DNA from: an uncultured Spirochaetota bacterium | GTDB taxonomy: Bacteria > Spirochaetota > UBA4802 > UBA5550 | DNA length: 64,000 bases | Reading direction: 5' to 3' | Assembly: GCA_963827275.1 (NCBI GenBank) | Contig: CAWHAA010000010.1 | Location: forward strand, 160,001-224,000 | Shown here: positions 9,612 through 19,565 of the stretch, piece by piece | Layout: each line of letters opens with the position of its first letter | Position numbering within the stretch: position 1 is the stretch's first letter | The notes under the pieces: model-generated | What the model was told of the DNA's origin: nothing | Databases searched by the model: none | Seen by the model: the letters and a program-made list of their open reading frames with translations, nothing else | Program-made: the position numbers and the translations under genes

Positions 9612-9905
9612 ATGATAAAAATCAACAGCGCAATCTCCATACCCGAAGACGAGGTCACGATCACCGCCTCGCGCTCCTCCGGCCCCGGCGGGCAGAACGT
9701 CAACAAGGTGGCGACCAAGGTGACCCTTCGATTTAATCTATACGATACGGCGCGCCTCTCCAGCGCCCAGAAAGAGCGCGCAAGGAAAAAGCTCGGGAAC
9801 ATCATAACCCGAGAAGGCTGTATCGTCATCCATGACGAAACCGGGAGGTCGCAGGCGGCAAATTTAAGCCCCTGTCCAGTGCTTTTTCTGCTGGAGGGGG
9901 CTTAA
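9612..9905 (+). pseudogene. arfB: Ribosome rescue peptidyl-tRNA hydrolase ArfB, 3'-truncated by a repeat
   Basis: SRSSGPGGQNVNKVATKV motif. Homology stops after RSQAAN (about 9862), where the repeat begins; the basic C-terminal tail is missing. Confidence 0.85.
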
Positions 9906-10008
9906 TTTTAGAGGGAGTAATTGCTGATGCTTCGACAGGCTCAGCACAAGTAAAATGCATTCAGTCGCATGAGCCGCAACCTACGAGGGTGAATTTTCCT
10001 ATGTATTT
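9862..10008 (-). repeat. Dispersed repeat family, copy 2
   Basis: About 147 bp, differing from 7442-7588 by only a few substitutions. Confidence 0.9.
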
Positions 10009-10077
10009 GAAAGGTAAAATTTACTTGCTAATTTTTTTACACGGATGTTTCCTGCTTCCATGCCAGACACACAGAAC

Positions 10078-10344
10078 ATGTTCGATCCCGCGACCATAGC
10101 GACCATCCTTAAATGGGCGGTGATAGTCCTCATCACGGGATTTATCGCGCAGTTCGGTAAACAATTCGCTGCATTTTTAACGGGGAAGATACGGAACATA
10201 CGCAGGAAAAAAGCCGGGGGATCGCCTGCCGGCAGCACACCCGCGTCCACGCCCGCGCCGGCGGATACAGGCGAACGGGCGCGTTTAAAACTGGAGAAGA
10301 AGCTCGCGAAGGCCGCAGCGAAAAAAATGAAAAAGGGCCTGTGA
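10078..10344 (+). CDS. Small hypothetical membrane protein with basic tail
   Basis: One N-terminal TM segment and a Lys-rich C-terminus. Confidence 0.6.
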   Translation: MFDPATIATILKWAVIVLITGFIAQFGKQFAAFLTGKIRNIRRKKAGGSPAGSTPASTPAPADTGERARLKLEKKLAKAAAKKMKKGL

Positions 10345-10346
10345 CG

Positions 10347-11429
10347 TCACCGCTTCATCGTATCGAGAAACTCATCGTAATTCACTTCGCTGATCGCGTC
10401 GATATCCAGGATCTCAAGGCCCACCTTGATAATGCCGTTTTCATTGAATATCGTATTCCGCACGATGACCCGCATGTTGACCCTGCTTGAATCGGGAAGC
10501 GTCAGCTCGAGTATGAGCCGGCCGTCCTTCATGAAATTGCGGAGCAGGCGCCGCTCCTTGAATACGATACCGAGTCCCTTTTTAGAGATGTCGTTGACGA
10601 TGAACTTTTCCTGCGCGGGGACGAAGAGTCGTTCTTTCATGACATACTCGTTGATCATGACGGCCAGCCTCTTCACCACGGTGAGATGACCGTCGTCAAC
10701 GGGCTTTGTATTATTGACCTGGATATAGCCGTAGGGGACCATGTTCTTGTATATGATCGGGACGGTCACCTCGGATATGAGCTCCTTGTGGCTGGAAAGC
10801 TTGTAGTCTTTCGAATAGATTTCACTCATGTAGAACTGTTTTTCCCTGCTCCCCTGGTCCGACTGGCTGCCCATGTCCCTGATGATGATCGGGCTCCAGG
10901 ATTCGATGAAACGCTTCATCCGCACATCGATCCTCGTCTCGTTGACAAACACCACCTTGATAAAGTCGAATTTCCCTTTAAGCTCCTGCGCGATCTTGTC
11001 CTTCATGATGGAGACTTTCTTTTCGTTCGAATCGAGCGCGCCCTGTATCATCTGCTCAGACATTATATTGCTGATATAGAGGACATTTTTCCCTCCGGAG
11101 GTGGCGAGGCTGGTGCGCTCTTCCTTCATTTTTTCAGATATTATCTGGAACTTTGTCGGCAGGAAAATGAAGTCACTCTCCGTATTTTCAAGGTACTTCA
11201 GGCTGGAGTAGATCGTGTTATCGCTGAGCCTCGTGAATACAACGATCGTGTCGGGCAGGCTCTTCACCCGGGGTATCCTGAACGCGACGTTGCCATTGCT
11301 GAAACCAAGGAACTGTACAAACAGGTCGCCGCTCTTGGTTTTCAGAAAGACCTCGCGCTTCGCGAAGAACTTCTTGAATATCTCCTCGAACTGGCCGGTG
11401 TCGGTGATGGTTTTTATCATTTCAGACAT
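10347..11429 (-). CDS. DUF1577-like protein with C-terminal PilZ-like domain
   Basis: GAF-like middle (VTVPIIY...PYGYIQVNN) and a PilZ-type NDISKKGLG motif; resembles the Leptospira DUF1577 family. Confidence 0.65.
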   Translation of the reverse strand: MSEMIKTITDTGQFEEIFKKFFAKREVFLKTKSGDLFVQFLGFSNGNVAFRIPRVKSLPDTIVVFTRLSDNTIYSSLKYLENTESDFIFLPTKFQIISEKMKEERTSLATSGGKNVLYISNIMSEQMIQGALDSNEKKVSIMKDKIAQELKGKFDFIKVVFVNETRIDVRMKRFIESWSPIIIRDMGSQSDQGSREKQFYMSEIYSKDYKLSSHKELISEVTVPIIYKNMVPYGYIQVNNTKPVDDGHLTVVKRLAVMINEYVMKERLFVPAQEKFIVNDISKKGLGIVFKERRLLRNFMKDGRLILELTLPDSSRVNMRVIVRNTIFNENGIIKVGLEILDIDAISEVNYDEFLDTMKR

Positions 11430-11435
11430 GGCGCC

Positions 11436-12117
11436 TTAACCCTCGATCCTTCCGTCGATGAGCGTGATGGTCTTCCCCGTGCGCGCCGCTATGTCGCGGT
11501 CATGGGTGACAATGACGATCGTGGTCCCCTCCTCGCGGCCAAGGTCGAGGAGCATGTCGGTCAGCATGCGCGAATTGGCCTGGTCCAGGTTGCCGGTCGG
11601 CTCGTCCGCGAGGAGAAGGTCCGGCTTGCCGATTATCGCCCGTGCGACGGCGACGCGCTGACATTCGCCGCCTGACATTTCCGTCGGCTTGTGGTGCGCC
11701 CGTTCGGAAAGGTTGAAGCGCTCCAGCAGGTGCAGCGCCCGCTCCTTCGCCTCCCGCCGTCCCGCCCGCCTGATCATAAGGGGTATCATGATGTTCTCGA
11801 GCGCGCTGAACTCCGGGAGCAGGTTGTGGAACTGGAAGATGAAGCCGACATGCCTGTTCCTGAACCCGGACAGGTCCTCGACGGACAGGTTGGCGATCTC
11901 CCTGCCCATCACCGAGAGGCTGCCCGCCTGGAAGGAATCAAGGCAGCCGACGAGGTTGAGGAGCGTGGACTTTCCCGCGCCGGAAGGGCCGACGATCGAT
12001 ATGATCTCGCCCTTCGCGATCTCAAGGGAGATGCCTTTCAGCACCCTGAGGGCGCTCCTCCCGATGCCGTACACCTTTTCAAGGCTGTTCGGCTTTTACA
12101 ATGACATTGTTCTCCAT
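11436..12117 (-). CDS. lolD: LolD-like ABC transporter ATP-binding protein; apparent +1 frameshift near the 5' end
   Basis: GPSGAGKS, GFIFQFHNL, SGGECQRVAVARA and LLLADEPTGNLD motifs. The ATG at 12117 has a GAGGT RBS but is 1 nt out of frame with the ORF starting at 12074. Confidence 0.85.
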
Positions 12118-12153
12118 TACCTCATCCTGCCGGCATCAATCCGGAAAGAATTT

Positions 12154-13506
12154 TCATTCGTACCGTATGGTCTCAACCGGCTGCAGGCGCGACGCGCTCC
12201 AGGCCGGGAATATGGCCGACACGGTGCAGAGAAAGACGGCCACGGTCGCGATGAACACGACCAGCTCGGGGTTTACCTCGGTGGGGATCCCCTCGATATA
12301 ATACACGTGGCTGGGCACCAGGCTGATCTTGTTGAACATGCCCAGGTTGAACAGGCTGTACAGGGAGCCCATCGCGGCGTTGACCGTGTCCTCGACCCAC
12401 CGTATGATCGCGTCAAGATTGAGCGAGGCGGCGACACCGCACACGACCCCCAGGAATGAGCCGATGATACCGATGAAGAACCCCTCGAGGATGAATATCA
12501 CCATGATGGAGTTCGGCTTCGCCCCCATCGACTTGAGTATGCCGACGGCCTTCCGCTTTTCCATGACCACCATCACCAGCGTACCCATGATGGTGAACCC
12601 CGCCGAGATGATCACCAGGAACAGTATGATCATCATGATGAGCTTTTCCAGCTTGAGGGCGTAGAAGAGGTTGCGGTTCTTTTCCTCCGCGGTCATCGTG
12701 AGGTACTGGTACCCCAGCGCCGCGGTGATCTGCTCGGATATCCTGGCGGTCTTCCACACGTCATGGATCTTCACGCCGACGCCCGAGACCGCATCGCCGA
12801 TATCGAAGAGGCGCTGCGCCTGGGGCATTGACATGATCACGAGCTTCGTGTCAAAATCATAGTATTCCGTCTTGAAGAAGCCGATCACCCGGAACCGCTC
12901 CAGGCTCGGGGTGAGCCCTGTCTTCGCGGTGAGGGCGCCCTTCGGCACGATCAGCTCGATATAATCGCCGATCAGGATATTGTAGTTCAGGGCCATCTCC
13001 TGGCCGACAAAAACCGATTTCGTCGCGAAAAATTCGGCGGCAATGCGGTCCGGCTCCTGCCCGGGGCCCTTTTTCTTCGCGGCATTCCGTTCCTTTATGA
13101 TGAACTTTGCGACATCGTCGGGTATGATGCCGTTGCGGCCGACGCCGCGGACCATCACCGGCGATATATTGGAAGAGAACCTGATCAGGCCCTGCGACAT
13201 GATATAGGGTTCGGCGCTCCGCACGCCGTCGATGGTGGCGATTTTTTTCAGCAGTTCCTCGTAGTTGCGTATGCCCAGGCCCTCGGCCGGACCGTACATG
13301 CTCTGCACGGAGATATGCGAATCCACGTCAAGGATCTTGTCCTTGATTGCCGCCTGGAACCCGTTCATGACCGACAGCACGACGATCAGGATAAACACCC
13401 CCAGGAACACGATCACGATAGAGAGAAAGGTGTTCGAGGAGACGATACCGCGGCTCTGCTTCGATTTCAGGTAGCGGAACCCTATGAATAATTCATACAA
13501 ACTCAT
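12154..13506 (-). CDS. LolC/E-family lipoprotein-releasing ABC permease
   Basis: VLSVMNGF, VMEKRKAVGILKSMGA and PAWSASRLQPVETIRYE motifs; adjacent to lolD. Confidence 0.9.
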   Translation of the reverse strand: MSLYELFIGFRYLKSKQSRGIVSSNTFLSIVIVFLGVFILIVVLSVMNGFQAAIKDKILDVDSHISVQSMYGPAEGLGIRNYEELLKKIATIDGVRSAEPYIMSQGLIRFSSNISPVMVRGVGRNGIIPDDVAKFIIKERNAAKKKGPGQEPDRIAAEFFATKSVFVGQEMALNYNILIGDYIELIVPKGALTAKTGLTPSLERFRVIGFFKTEYYDFDTKLVIMSMPQAQRLFDIGDAVSGVGVKIHDVWKTARISEQITAALGYQYLTMTAEEKNRNLFYALKLEKLIMMIILFLVIISAGFTIMGTLVMVVMEKRKAVGILKSMGAKPNSIMVIFILEGFFIGIIGSFLGVVCGVAASLNLDAIIRWVEDTVNAAMGSLYSLFNLGMFNKISLVPSHVYYIEGIPTEVNPELVVFIATVAVFLCTVSAIFPAWSASRLQPVETIRYE

Positions 13507-13524
13507 CGCGTCACTGTCGCTCCG

Positions 13525-13983
13525 TCAGCGTTCTATCCGTATAATCTTGCGGTTCCACATCAGCCAGCCCCGGTCCTGGCGGTCGCCGTCGGTGAAGCGG
13601 ATGAAGTCCACGTCCCCCCGCAGCAGCCGCACCGGCCTCCGGTCCTTTCTCCGTATCTCGTTGCATTCGAACTGGACGTTTCTCTTTATGTACGAGTTGC
13701 CGTGATGGTCTTTCAGCACGTTCTTCTCGTTCAGCTTCTCTACCTCGAGCACCATCAGGTCGGCATAGTAGGAGTCCCGGTACATTTCGCGGAACACGCC
13801 CTCGCTCTTCGGATACGCCTCGCAGGAAGCGTAGTCCGGGTAGTTGAAGGTTTCGATCGCCCGCGCCCACTTGCCGAAGATGAACTCAGGCGCGGTAAAT
13901 TTTTTCTCTTTCTTGCATGACACCACCAGCAGCGCCGGCACCAGCAATAACACAAGGTATCGTTTCATGAAAAACCTCAACAT
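13525..13983 (-). CDS. Hypothetical lipoprotein
   Basis: Signal peptide with LVVSC lipobox; co-oriented in the operon. Confidence 0.7.
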   Translation of the reverse strand: MLRFFMKRYLVLLLVPALLVVSCKKEKKFTAPEFIFGKWARAIETFNYPDYASCEAYPKSEGVFREMYRDSYYADLMVLEVEKLNEKNVLKDHHGNSYIKRNVQFECNEIRRKDRRPVRLLRGDVDFIRFTDGDRQDRGWLMWNRKIIRIER

Positions 13984-14002
13984 AGTATCGGGATAAATTT
14001 CG

Positions 14003-14575
14003 TCAAGACGGTTTTGTCCGCGCCCCGTCCTTTTCGCCGAAAACCTGCGCGGAAAATTTCTCTATCTTCGTCCCCTTCTGCTGCCACGCGGACGCGGGCA
14101 GGCCGGCCTTGTAGCAGGTGTTCGCCAGGAATTCGTCGAGGTCCCACCCCTGCTCGACGGGCACCTGGGGCAGCAGCAGGCCCGAGTTGAAGCCGCGCGA
14201 TATGATGACCCCGTCCCTCCCGACCTTGATGTCCCGCACGTCGCCCACCGTTTCTATCGGCGACAGGACCGATATTTCTATATCGATCGACGGGTATTCA
14301 TCCTTTCGCAGGGGCGGGAAGCGCGGGTCCTTGAACGCCGACGCCTTCGCCATGTCGACAACGGTGTCCCTGAGCGGCTTGATCCCCTGTATATACCCGA
14401 TGCATCCCCGCAGGCGGCCGTTGATATGGAGCGTCACGAAGGCGCCGCATTTTTCACTGAATAGTTCATCTCCGAGGTCCGGCGACGGTCCGCCCTGCAC
14501 GCCGAGCGAATCCGCGATGGTGTTCCTGGCGAGCCTCAGCAGCGCGTCCTGCTGATCTTTCGTTAGATCTTTCAT
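14003..14575 (-). CDS. amrA: AmmeMemoRadiSam system protein A (AMMECR1 domain)
   Basis: GAFVTL...LRGCIG, DPRFPP, EISVLS and GLLLPQV motifs; GGAGG RBS before 14575. Confidence 0.92.
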   Translation of the reverse strand: MKDLTKDQQDALLRLARNTIADSLGVQGGPSPDLGDELFSEKCGAFVTLHINGRLRGCIGYIQGIKPLRDTVVDMAKASAFKDPRFPPLRKDEYPSIDIEISVLSPIETVGDVRDIKVGRDGVIISRGFNSGLLLPQVPVEQGWDLDEFLANTCYKAGLPASAWQQKGTKIEKFSAQVFGEKDGARTKPS

Positions 14576-14775
14576 GTCGCCCTCCGCCCATAAGGATTGT
14601 TTCACGCCACAGGCACGGCCGCGGACCTGATTTAAAAAAGTATATCATTATTGACCGCAATGCCGGTCATGTCAATAATAAACTATAAACGGAGTCACGC
14701 CGCATAGATCGAAAAAAGAATTGATTTTTTATCTCCGAAAATGTTACGTATTATTCCATAGAATTCAAGTTTATT

Positions 14776-15675
14776 ATGGAACAGACAGGGATGAACACTC
14801 TACCGGACGCCCGTTTTCTGCCGCGGATATCACCGTCATTGATCGTTTCAATCGCGATCTGTATTGCCGGGTGCGCCGGTGAAACGCGCACGCAGGCCGC
14901 TGCCCCGGCGCCCGGCCCGGCGCGCATCACCTACTATTCCGATGCACGGGGTGTGTTTACCCTGACCCCGCCTCCAGAAAGGACAGGGCACACGCTGACC
15001 CTGTGGGGTTCGTGCTCCCTCCCCGAAATCATTCTCCAGGTCAGCAAAAAGGGCCCCGGTCTTCCCGCCAGGAACGCGGCGCACCGGACAGGCGGCAGGC
15101 CCGGGTTCTCGGTCACCTATCTGCTGAAAGACGGTGCAGGGGACTACGAGGTCGTTATATACGGGAAAAGAACACTCACCAGCCGCACCCTTGCGGGACT
15201 CTGTTCCTTTTCGGTCCGGTCGATGCGCGACATGCCGGCGAATACCAGGGGACTGTATATCAACGACAGGGTCCTCGCCTTCGTCGACAGGGTGATGGGA
15301 AAGACCGTCGGCGGCGGCGAATGCTGGGACCTGGCGCAGGAAGCGCTCGACAGCAGCGGTGCCGACTGGGTCCGTCCCTTCGGCTTCGGAAAGCACCTCG
15401 ACCCGGAACGTGACCGTGTCACCGCCGGCGACATCATACAGTTCAGATCGGTGCGGCTCAGGACGGCGCTTCCCGGCGGCGGCGTCATGTCCCAGAACAT
15501 CGGAGAGCCGGACCATACGGCGATCATCACCGGCGTCGAGGGAGATAACGTTTACAGGCTGGCGCAGCAGAATTCCGGCGGGAAGCGGTATGTGGCGGAG
15601 TCAACCGTTGACCTGAACAGGATAACGTCGGGAAGCTACAGGATATACCGGCCGGTCGCCGGCATACTGCAATAG
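14776..15675 (+). CDS. Putative lipoprotein with C-terminal papain/CHAP-like cysteine hydrolase domain
   Basis: IAGC lipobox; GGGECWDLA, GDIIQF, HTAII and AQQN form a Cys-His-Gln arrangement. Confidence 0.65.
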   Translation: MEQTGMNTLPDARFLPRISPSLIVSIAICIAGCAGETRTQAAAPAPGPARITYYSDARGVFTLTPPPERTGHTLTLWGSCSLPEIILQVSKKGPGLPARNAAHRTGGRPGFSVTYLLKDGAGDYEVVIYGKRTLTSRTLAGLCSFSVRSMRDMPANTRGLYINDRVLAFVDRVMGKTVGGGECWDLAQEALDSSGADWVRPFGFGKHLDPERDRVTAGDIIQFRSVRLRTALPGGGVMSQNIGEPDHTAIITGVEGDNVYRLAQQNSGGKRYVAESTVDLNRITSGSYRIYRPVAGILQ

Positions 15676-15683
15676 TCAGGACG

Positions 15684-16502
15684 CTACTTTACGAACGCGG
15701 CCGCAAGGTAGCCTACCACCTGGTCCTTTCCCCCGGCCGTATCGCCGGAATTCATGTACTTGAGCAGTTCGACCCTCTTCGCCCCGAGCGATCGGCACAG
15801 GAACATGCCGGCCAGGACCGGCCCCTCCCCGCAGGCCTCGGCCGTGCCCGTCGAGAGGACCTCCGATACCTTCGAAGGGTCGAAGGTTCCCAGCGCGTCC
15901 ATGAAGCGCCCGTCCATGGCCTTTGCCTGCTCGTAGGAATGGTAATGGGAAAGATCGGTGGACATGATGATGACGGTCTTCCTCTTTTCCCCGGCAAGCG
16001 CCTGCCCGATGCCCTCCGCGATCCCGCGGCAGACTTCCAGGTCGACACTGCCGACGATGAGCGGCACGATGGTGAAATCATCGAGCACTTTCTGCAGAAA
16101 GGGCACCTGCACCTCGAGCGAGTGCTCGAGCTCGTGGGCCTCCTTGAGGGGGGCGAAATACTTTTTATCCTTCAGCCTGCCGCCGATCTCGTCGTCGATG
16201 CGCACGTCCCCGAGCGGCGTTTCATAGATCCCTTCAGGAAGGAGGGCCGCCCCGTTGAACCTGGCACGGTGCGATGGCGCGAGCACCACCGCGCACCGTA
16301 CCGCGGGATCAACCAGGCGGTAGGAATAGGCCGCGACCGGCCCCGAATAGACATACCCGGCATGCGGCGACACGAGCCCGACCACCTCGCCCGCGGCCGC
16401 GCCGGCGTTCGCTTCACCGAGATAGGAATCGATCATCTCCCCGAGGCGCAGGGGGTTTGAGGGATAAAAGGACCCCGCCACTGCCGGCTTTCTTCGAAAC
16501 AT
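15684..16502 (-). CDS. amrB: AmmeMemoRadiSam system protein B (MEMO1 family)
   Basis: PAVAGSFYP, PHAGYVYSG, EHSLEVQVPFLQ, STDLSHY and NSGD...VVGY motifs. Confidence 0.93.
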   Translation of the reverse strand: MFRRKPAVAGSFYPSNPLRLGEMIDSYLGEANAGAAAGEVVGLVSPHAGYVYSGPVAAYSYRLVDPAVRCAVVLAPSHRARFNGAALLPEGIYETPLGDVRIDDEIGGRLKDKKYFAPLKEAHELEHSLEVQVPFLQKVLDDFTIVPLIVGSVDLEVCRGIAEGIGQALAGEKRKTVIIMSTDLSHYHSYEQAKAMDGRFMDALGTFDPSKVSEVLSTGTAEACGEGPVLAGMFLCRSLGAKRVELLKYMNSGDTAGGKDQVVGYLAAAFVK

Positions 16503-16515
16503 GGCGCACCTCCCG

Positions 16516-17202
16516 TCAATAGGATATCAGGTACCGGGGCAGCCGCGACTCGACCTCGTCCAGTATCCGGGCCGCGGCCTCCTGTTTGGAGACAAGCGGA
16601 AGCTCCTTCCTCATGCCGTCCTTCGCGAAAATAGTCAGGATGTTCGTGTCCGACCCGAAGCCCGCGCCCTTCCTGGACACGTCGTTCAGGCATATCATGT
16701 CCAGGCTTTTTTCCGCGAGCTTTTTCAGGGCGTACTGCTCGATGTCGTTGGTCTCCGCGGCGAAACCGACAACGAAAAGGTTGTTGATGCGGCCTTCCCG
16801 CTTCATCGCGGCGACCACCTTGAGTATGTCGGGGGTCTTTGCCAGCTCGAGGGTCATGTTCTTATCGGACTTTTTTATCTTGCGGTCGGACTTTTTCACC
16901 GGGGAGTAATCCGCCGGCGCCGCCGCCATGATGAGCACCGCGTTCTCTTCGAGCTCCCCGGAGACGGCGGCGAGCATGTCCGCGGTGGTCTCCACCGCCA
17001 CGCACCGGTACGGCGCCGCGGCGGTCAGGGAAGGGTCGACGGGACCGTGGATGAACACCGTCTCTCGCGCCCTGCGCGAGCACTCGCCGGCGAGGGCCGC
17101 TCCCATCTTGCCGGTGGAGGGGTTTGATATGAACCGGACGGGATCGATCCACTCGCGCGTGGGGCCCCCCGTTACGATCGCTTTCCTGCTATTCAATTGC
17201 AT
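16516..17202 (-). CDS. coaB: Phosphopantothenate-cysteine ligase (stand-alone CoaB)
   Basis: TGGPTREWIDPVRFISNPSTGKMG and VGFAAET motifs; start overlaps the end of coaC. Confidence 0.88.
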   Translation of the reverse strand: MQLNSRKAIVTGGPTREWIDPVRFISNPSTGKMGAALAGECSRRARETVFIHGPVDPSLTAAAPYRCVAVETTADMLAAVSGELEENAVLIMAAAPADYSPVKKSDRKIKKSDKNMTLELAKTPDILKVVAAMKREGRINNLFVVGFAAETNDIEQYALKKLAEKSLDMICLNDVSRKGAGFGSDTNILTIFAKDGMRKELPLVSKQEAAARILDEVESRLPRYLISY

Positions 17203-17719
17203 TGACGGCCGCCGCGTAGATGTCATTTATATCGGCGAGCTTACCGAGCCCCTCGTCGCCGCACACCGCCTCTCCCATGGCGGGCTCGACGAATTCGATG
17301 CCCCAGTACTTCAGCGTCCTGATGTTCCGGTGCACCGCGGGATGGGCGTACATGTTCGGGTTCATCGCGGGGGCGATGATGATCGGGCAGGTAACGGTCA
17401 GGAAGGTCGTGGTCACGAGGTCGTCCGCGATGCCGTTGGCGAATTTCCCTATGATATTGGCGGTCGCGGGCGCCACCAGGAAGAGCGAGGCGTCGGTCTT
17501 GAGCTCGATATGCCCCATCTCCCGCCGGTCGCGAGAATACTGCTCGGTATAGACCGGGTTGCCGGACAGGGTCTCGAGCGTGAGCGGCGACACCAGGTGC
17601 AGCGCGTTTTCAGTCGTCACCACGTGGACCGAATACCCGCCCTTCACGAACAGCCGTATCAGGTCATAGGCCTTGTACGCCGCGATGGAGGACGATATGC
17701 CGAGAATTATCTTTTTCAT
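17189..17719 (-). CDS. coaC: Phosphopantothenoylcysteine decarboxylase (stand-alone CoaC)
   Basis: GISSSIAAYKA, APATANIIGKFANGIADD, APAMN and CGDEGLGKL motifs. Confidence 0.9.
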   Translation of the reverse strand: MKKIILGISSSIAAYKAYDLIRLFVKGGYSVHVVTTENALHLVSPLTLETLSGNPVYTEQYSRDRREMGHIELKTDASLFLVAPATANIIGKFANGIADDLVTTTFLTVTCPIIIAPAMNPNMYAHPAVHRNIRTLKYWGIEFVEPAMGEAVCGDEGLGKLADINDIYAAAVNAIE

Positions 17720-17735
17720 GAATGCTCCCCGCCTT

Positions 17736-19565
17736 TTATTCCGCTTCCTGCGCCGCATCCCGCACCGAGAGGGCCCCCTGCTGCCGTCTGAACATCTTTT
17801 CGATGTCCGCTTTTTCCAGCTTGTACACGAACGGCCTGCCGTGCGGGCAGCGCATCCCGTGCTTTCCGCTGAATATTTTCTCCACCAGCGTTTCCATGTC
17901 GGCCCGCGACATGCTGTCCCCGGCGCGCTTTGCCGCGTGGCAGGCCACCGTTGCCGCGACCGCCTCGAGCGTGCCCGGCGACCGCCCCTCGCCGCGCACT
18001 GACGCCAGAAAATCATCGATCAACCCGGCAGGGTCAGCGCCGCGCGCGATCTCGGGAATGGCGGATATACTCAATGAATGGTCAGAAAAATCCTCAATGT
18101 CAAATCCTATTTGAGAAAAATTTTCAATATTTTCCATGACCAGGGCATGGTCCTGGATTGAAAGCTCCTTCACCAGCGGGAAGGCAAGGCGCTGGCTTGC
18201 GAATTGAACGCCCCTCTCAAGGAGCGCATCGTAGAGCACCCGCTCATGGGCCGCGTGGAAATCTATGAAGTAGAGAAATTCCCCTTTTTCAAGGAGTATG
18301 TACGTATCGAAGGCAAGGCCAATAATGCGCGCTGCGCCGCCCGCTTCAACGTCACGGTAGAGCACCGCCACATCCCGGAGATATGCCGGGGACGGCGCTG
18401 AAAGGTCAGGCGCGTGCGCCGCGAAGGGCGCGCGCGCATCGATGCCGGGAAGCCCCGCCCCCGCTCCCGGTAACGGTGGCGGCCCGCCCGGCGCCGCCGG
18501 CCCGCCGTCCTGCATGCCGGCCGGGACCAGCAGCCCGCCGTCCACCCGGTGCTCCCTGCCTGTCGCCTTCTCGGCGAGGGACAGGACCAGGCGGTCGATA
18601 TAGCGGCCGTCGAAGAGCTTCACTTCCTTTTTTGCGGGATGGATATTCACGTCCACCAGCCCCGGGTCGATATCGATGAAGATGATACCCGCAGGGTGCT
18701 TGCCGCGGCCGGCGACCGCCTCGTAGGCCTTTGAAAGGAGGAACCCGAGATAGCGGTATTCCACCGGCCGCATGTTCACGTACATGAACTGCATGGAGCG
18801 CGACGACTTGAGGTAATGGGGGCGCGACAGGAAGCCGGAAACCGATACCTTGAGATCATGGAGCGTTTCATGGTACAGGTCGTTCATGATGCCGCTTCCG
18901 TACACCTGCGCGAGGCGCTCATCGATCGTCGCCGCCCGGGGAAGCGTTACCTGCCGGGTGTCGTCCACATCCAGGGAAAACGCGATTTCGGGATGGGGAA
19001 TGGCGGTCTTTATGAGGACTTCCCGTATCAGGCGCAGCTCGGTGCGGGCGGACTTGAGGAACTTCTTGCGCGCCGGCACATTGTAAAACAGGTTTTCGAC
19101 AATCACCGCGGTGCCGGCAGGCCCGTTGAAGTCGGCGACCTGCACGTTCCCGTCAGACGCGGTGAGCCGGCCGCCGGTCTCTTCTTCCGCGCGCCGCGAG
19201 AGGATGGCAAGCCGCGAAACCGAGGATATGCTTGAGAGGGCCTCGCCGCGGAACCCGTACGAGCTGATGCGCTCTATGTCATGGATGTCTTCAATCTTGC
19301 TGGTGGCGTGCTCCGCCACGGCGAGGGCGATATCATCGCGGTACATGCCCCGGCCGTCGTCGCGCACCGCTATTTTTTTCAGGCCCCCTTCGGCCACCTG
19401 CACGTCGATCCGCCCCGCGCCGGCGTCGATCGAGTTTTCCACAAGCTCCTTGACCACCGAAAACGGGCCTTCCACCACCTCGCCCGCCGCGATCTTCTTC
19501 TTGACGATGTCGGGTAATACCCTGATCCGTTCCAAACCGGCACCTACATGGCCGCTTTCAGGCAT
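17736..19565 (-). CDS. mutL: DNA mismatch repair endonuclease MutL
   Basis: IAAGEVVE, HATSKI, GFRGEAL, DVNIHPAK, DFHAAHER, ACH and CPHGRP motifs. Confidence 0.96.
   Translation of the reverse strand: MPESGHVGAGLERIRVLPDIVKKKIAAGEVVEGPFSVVKELVENSIDAGAGRIDVQVAEGGLKKIAVRDDGRGMYRDDIALAVAEHATSKIEDIHDIERISSYGFRGEALSSISSVSRLAILSRRAEEETGGRLTASDGNVQVADFNGPAGTAVIVENLFYNVPARKKFLKSARTELRLIREVLIKTAIPHPEIAFSLDVDDTRQVTLPRAATIDERLAQVYGSGIMNDLYHETLHDLKVSVSGFLSRPHYLKSSRSMQFMYVNMRPVEYRYLGFLLSKAYEAVAGRGKHPAGIIFIDIDPGLVDVNIHPAKKEVKLFDGRYIDRLVLSLAEKATGREHRVDGGLLVPAGMQDGGPAAPGGPPPLPGAGAGLPGIDARAPFAAHAPDLSAPSPAYLRDVAVLYRDVEAGGAARIIGLAFDTYILLEKGEFLYFIDFHAAHERVLYDALLERGVQFASQRLAFPLVKELSIQDHALVMENIENFSQIGFDIEDFSDHSLSISAIPEIARGADPAGLIDDFLASVRGEGRSPGTLEAVAATVACHAAKRAGDSMSRADMETLVEKIFSGKHGMRCPHGRPFVYKLEKADIEKMFRRQQGALSVRDAAQEAE

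Noticed and set aside
16516..17719. Split coaC/coaB as another frameshift
   Set aside because: coaB has its own ATG overlapping the coaC end, and separate coaB and coaC genes occur naturally.
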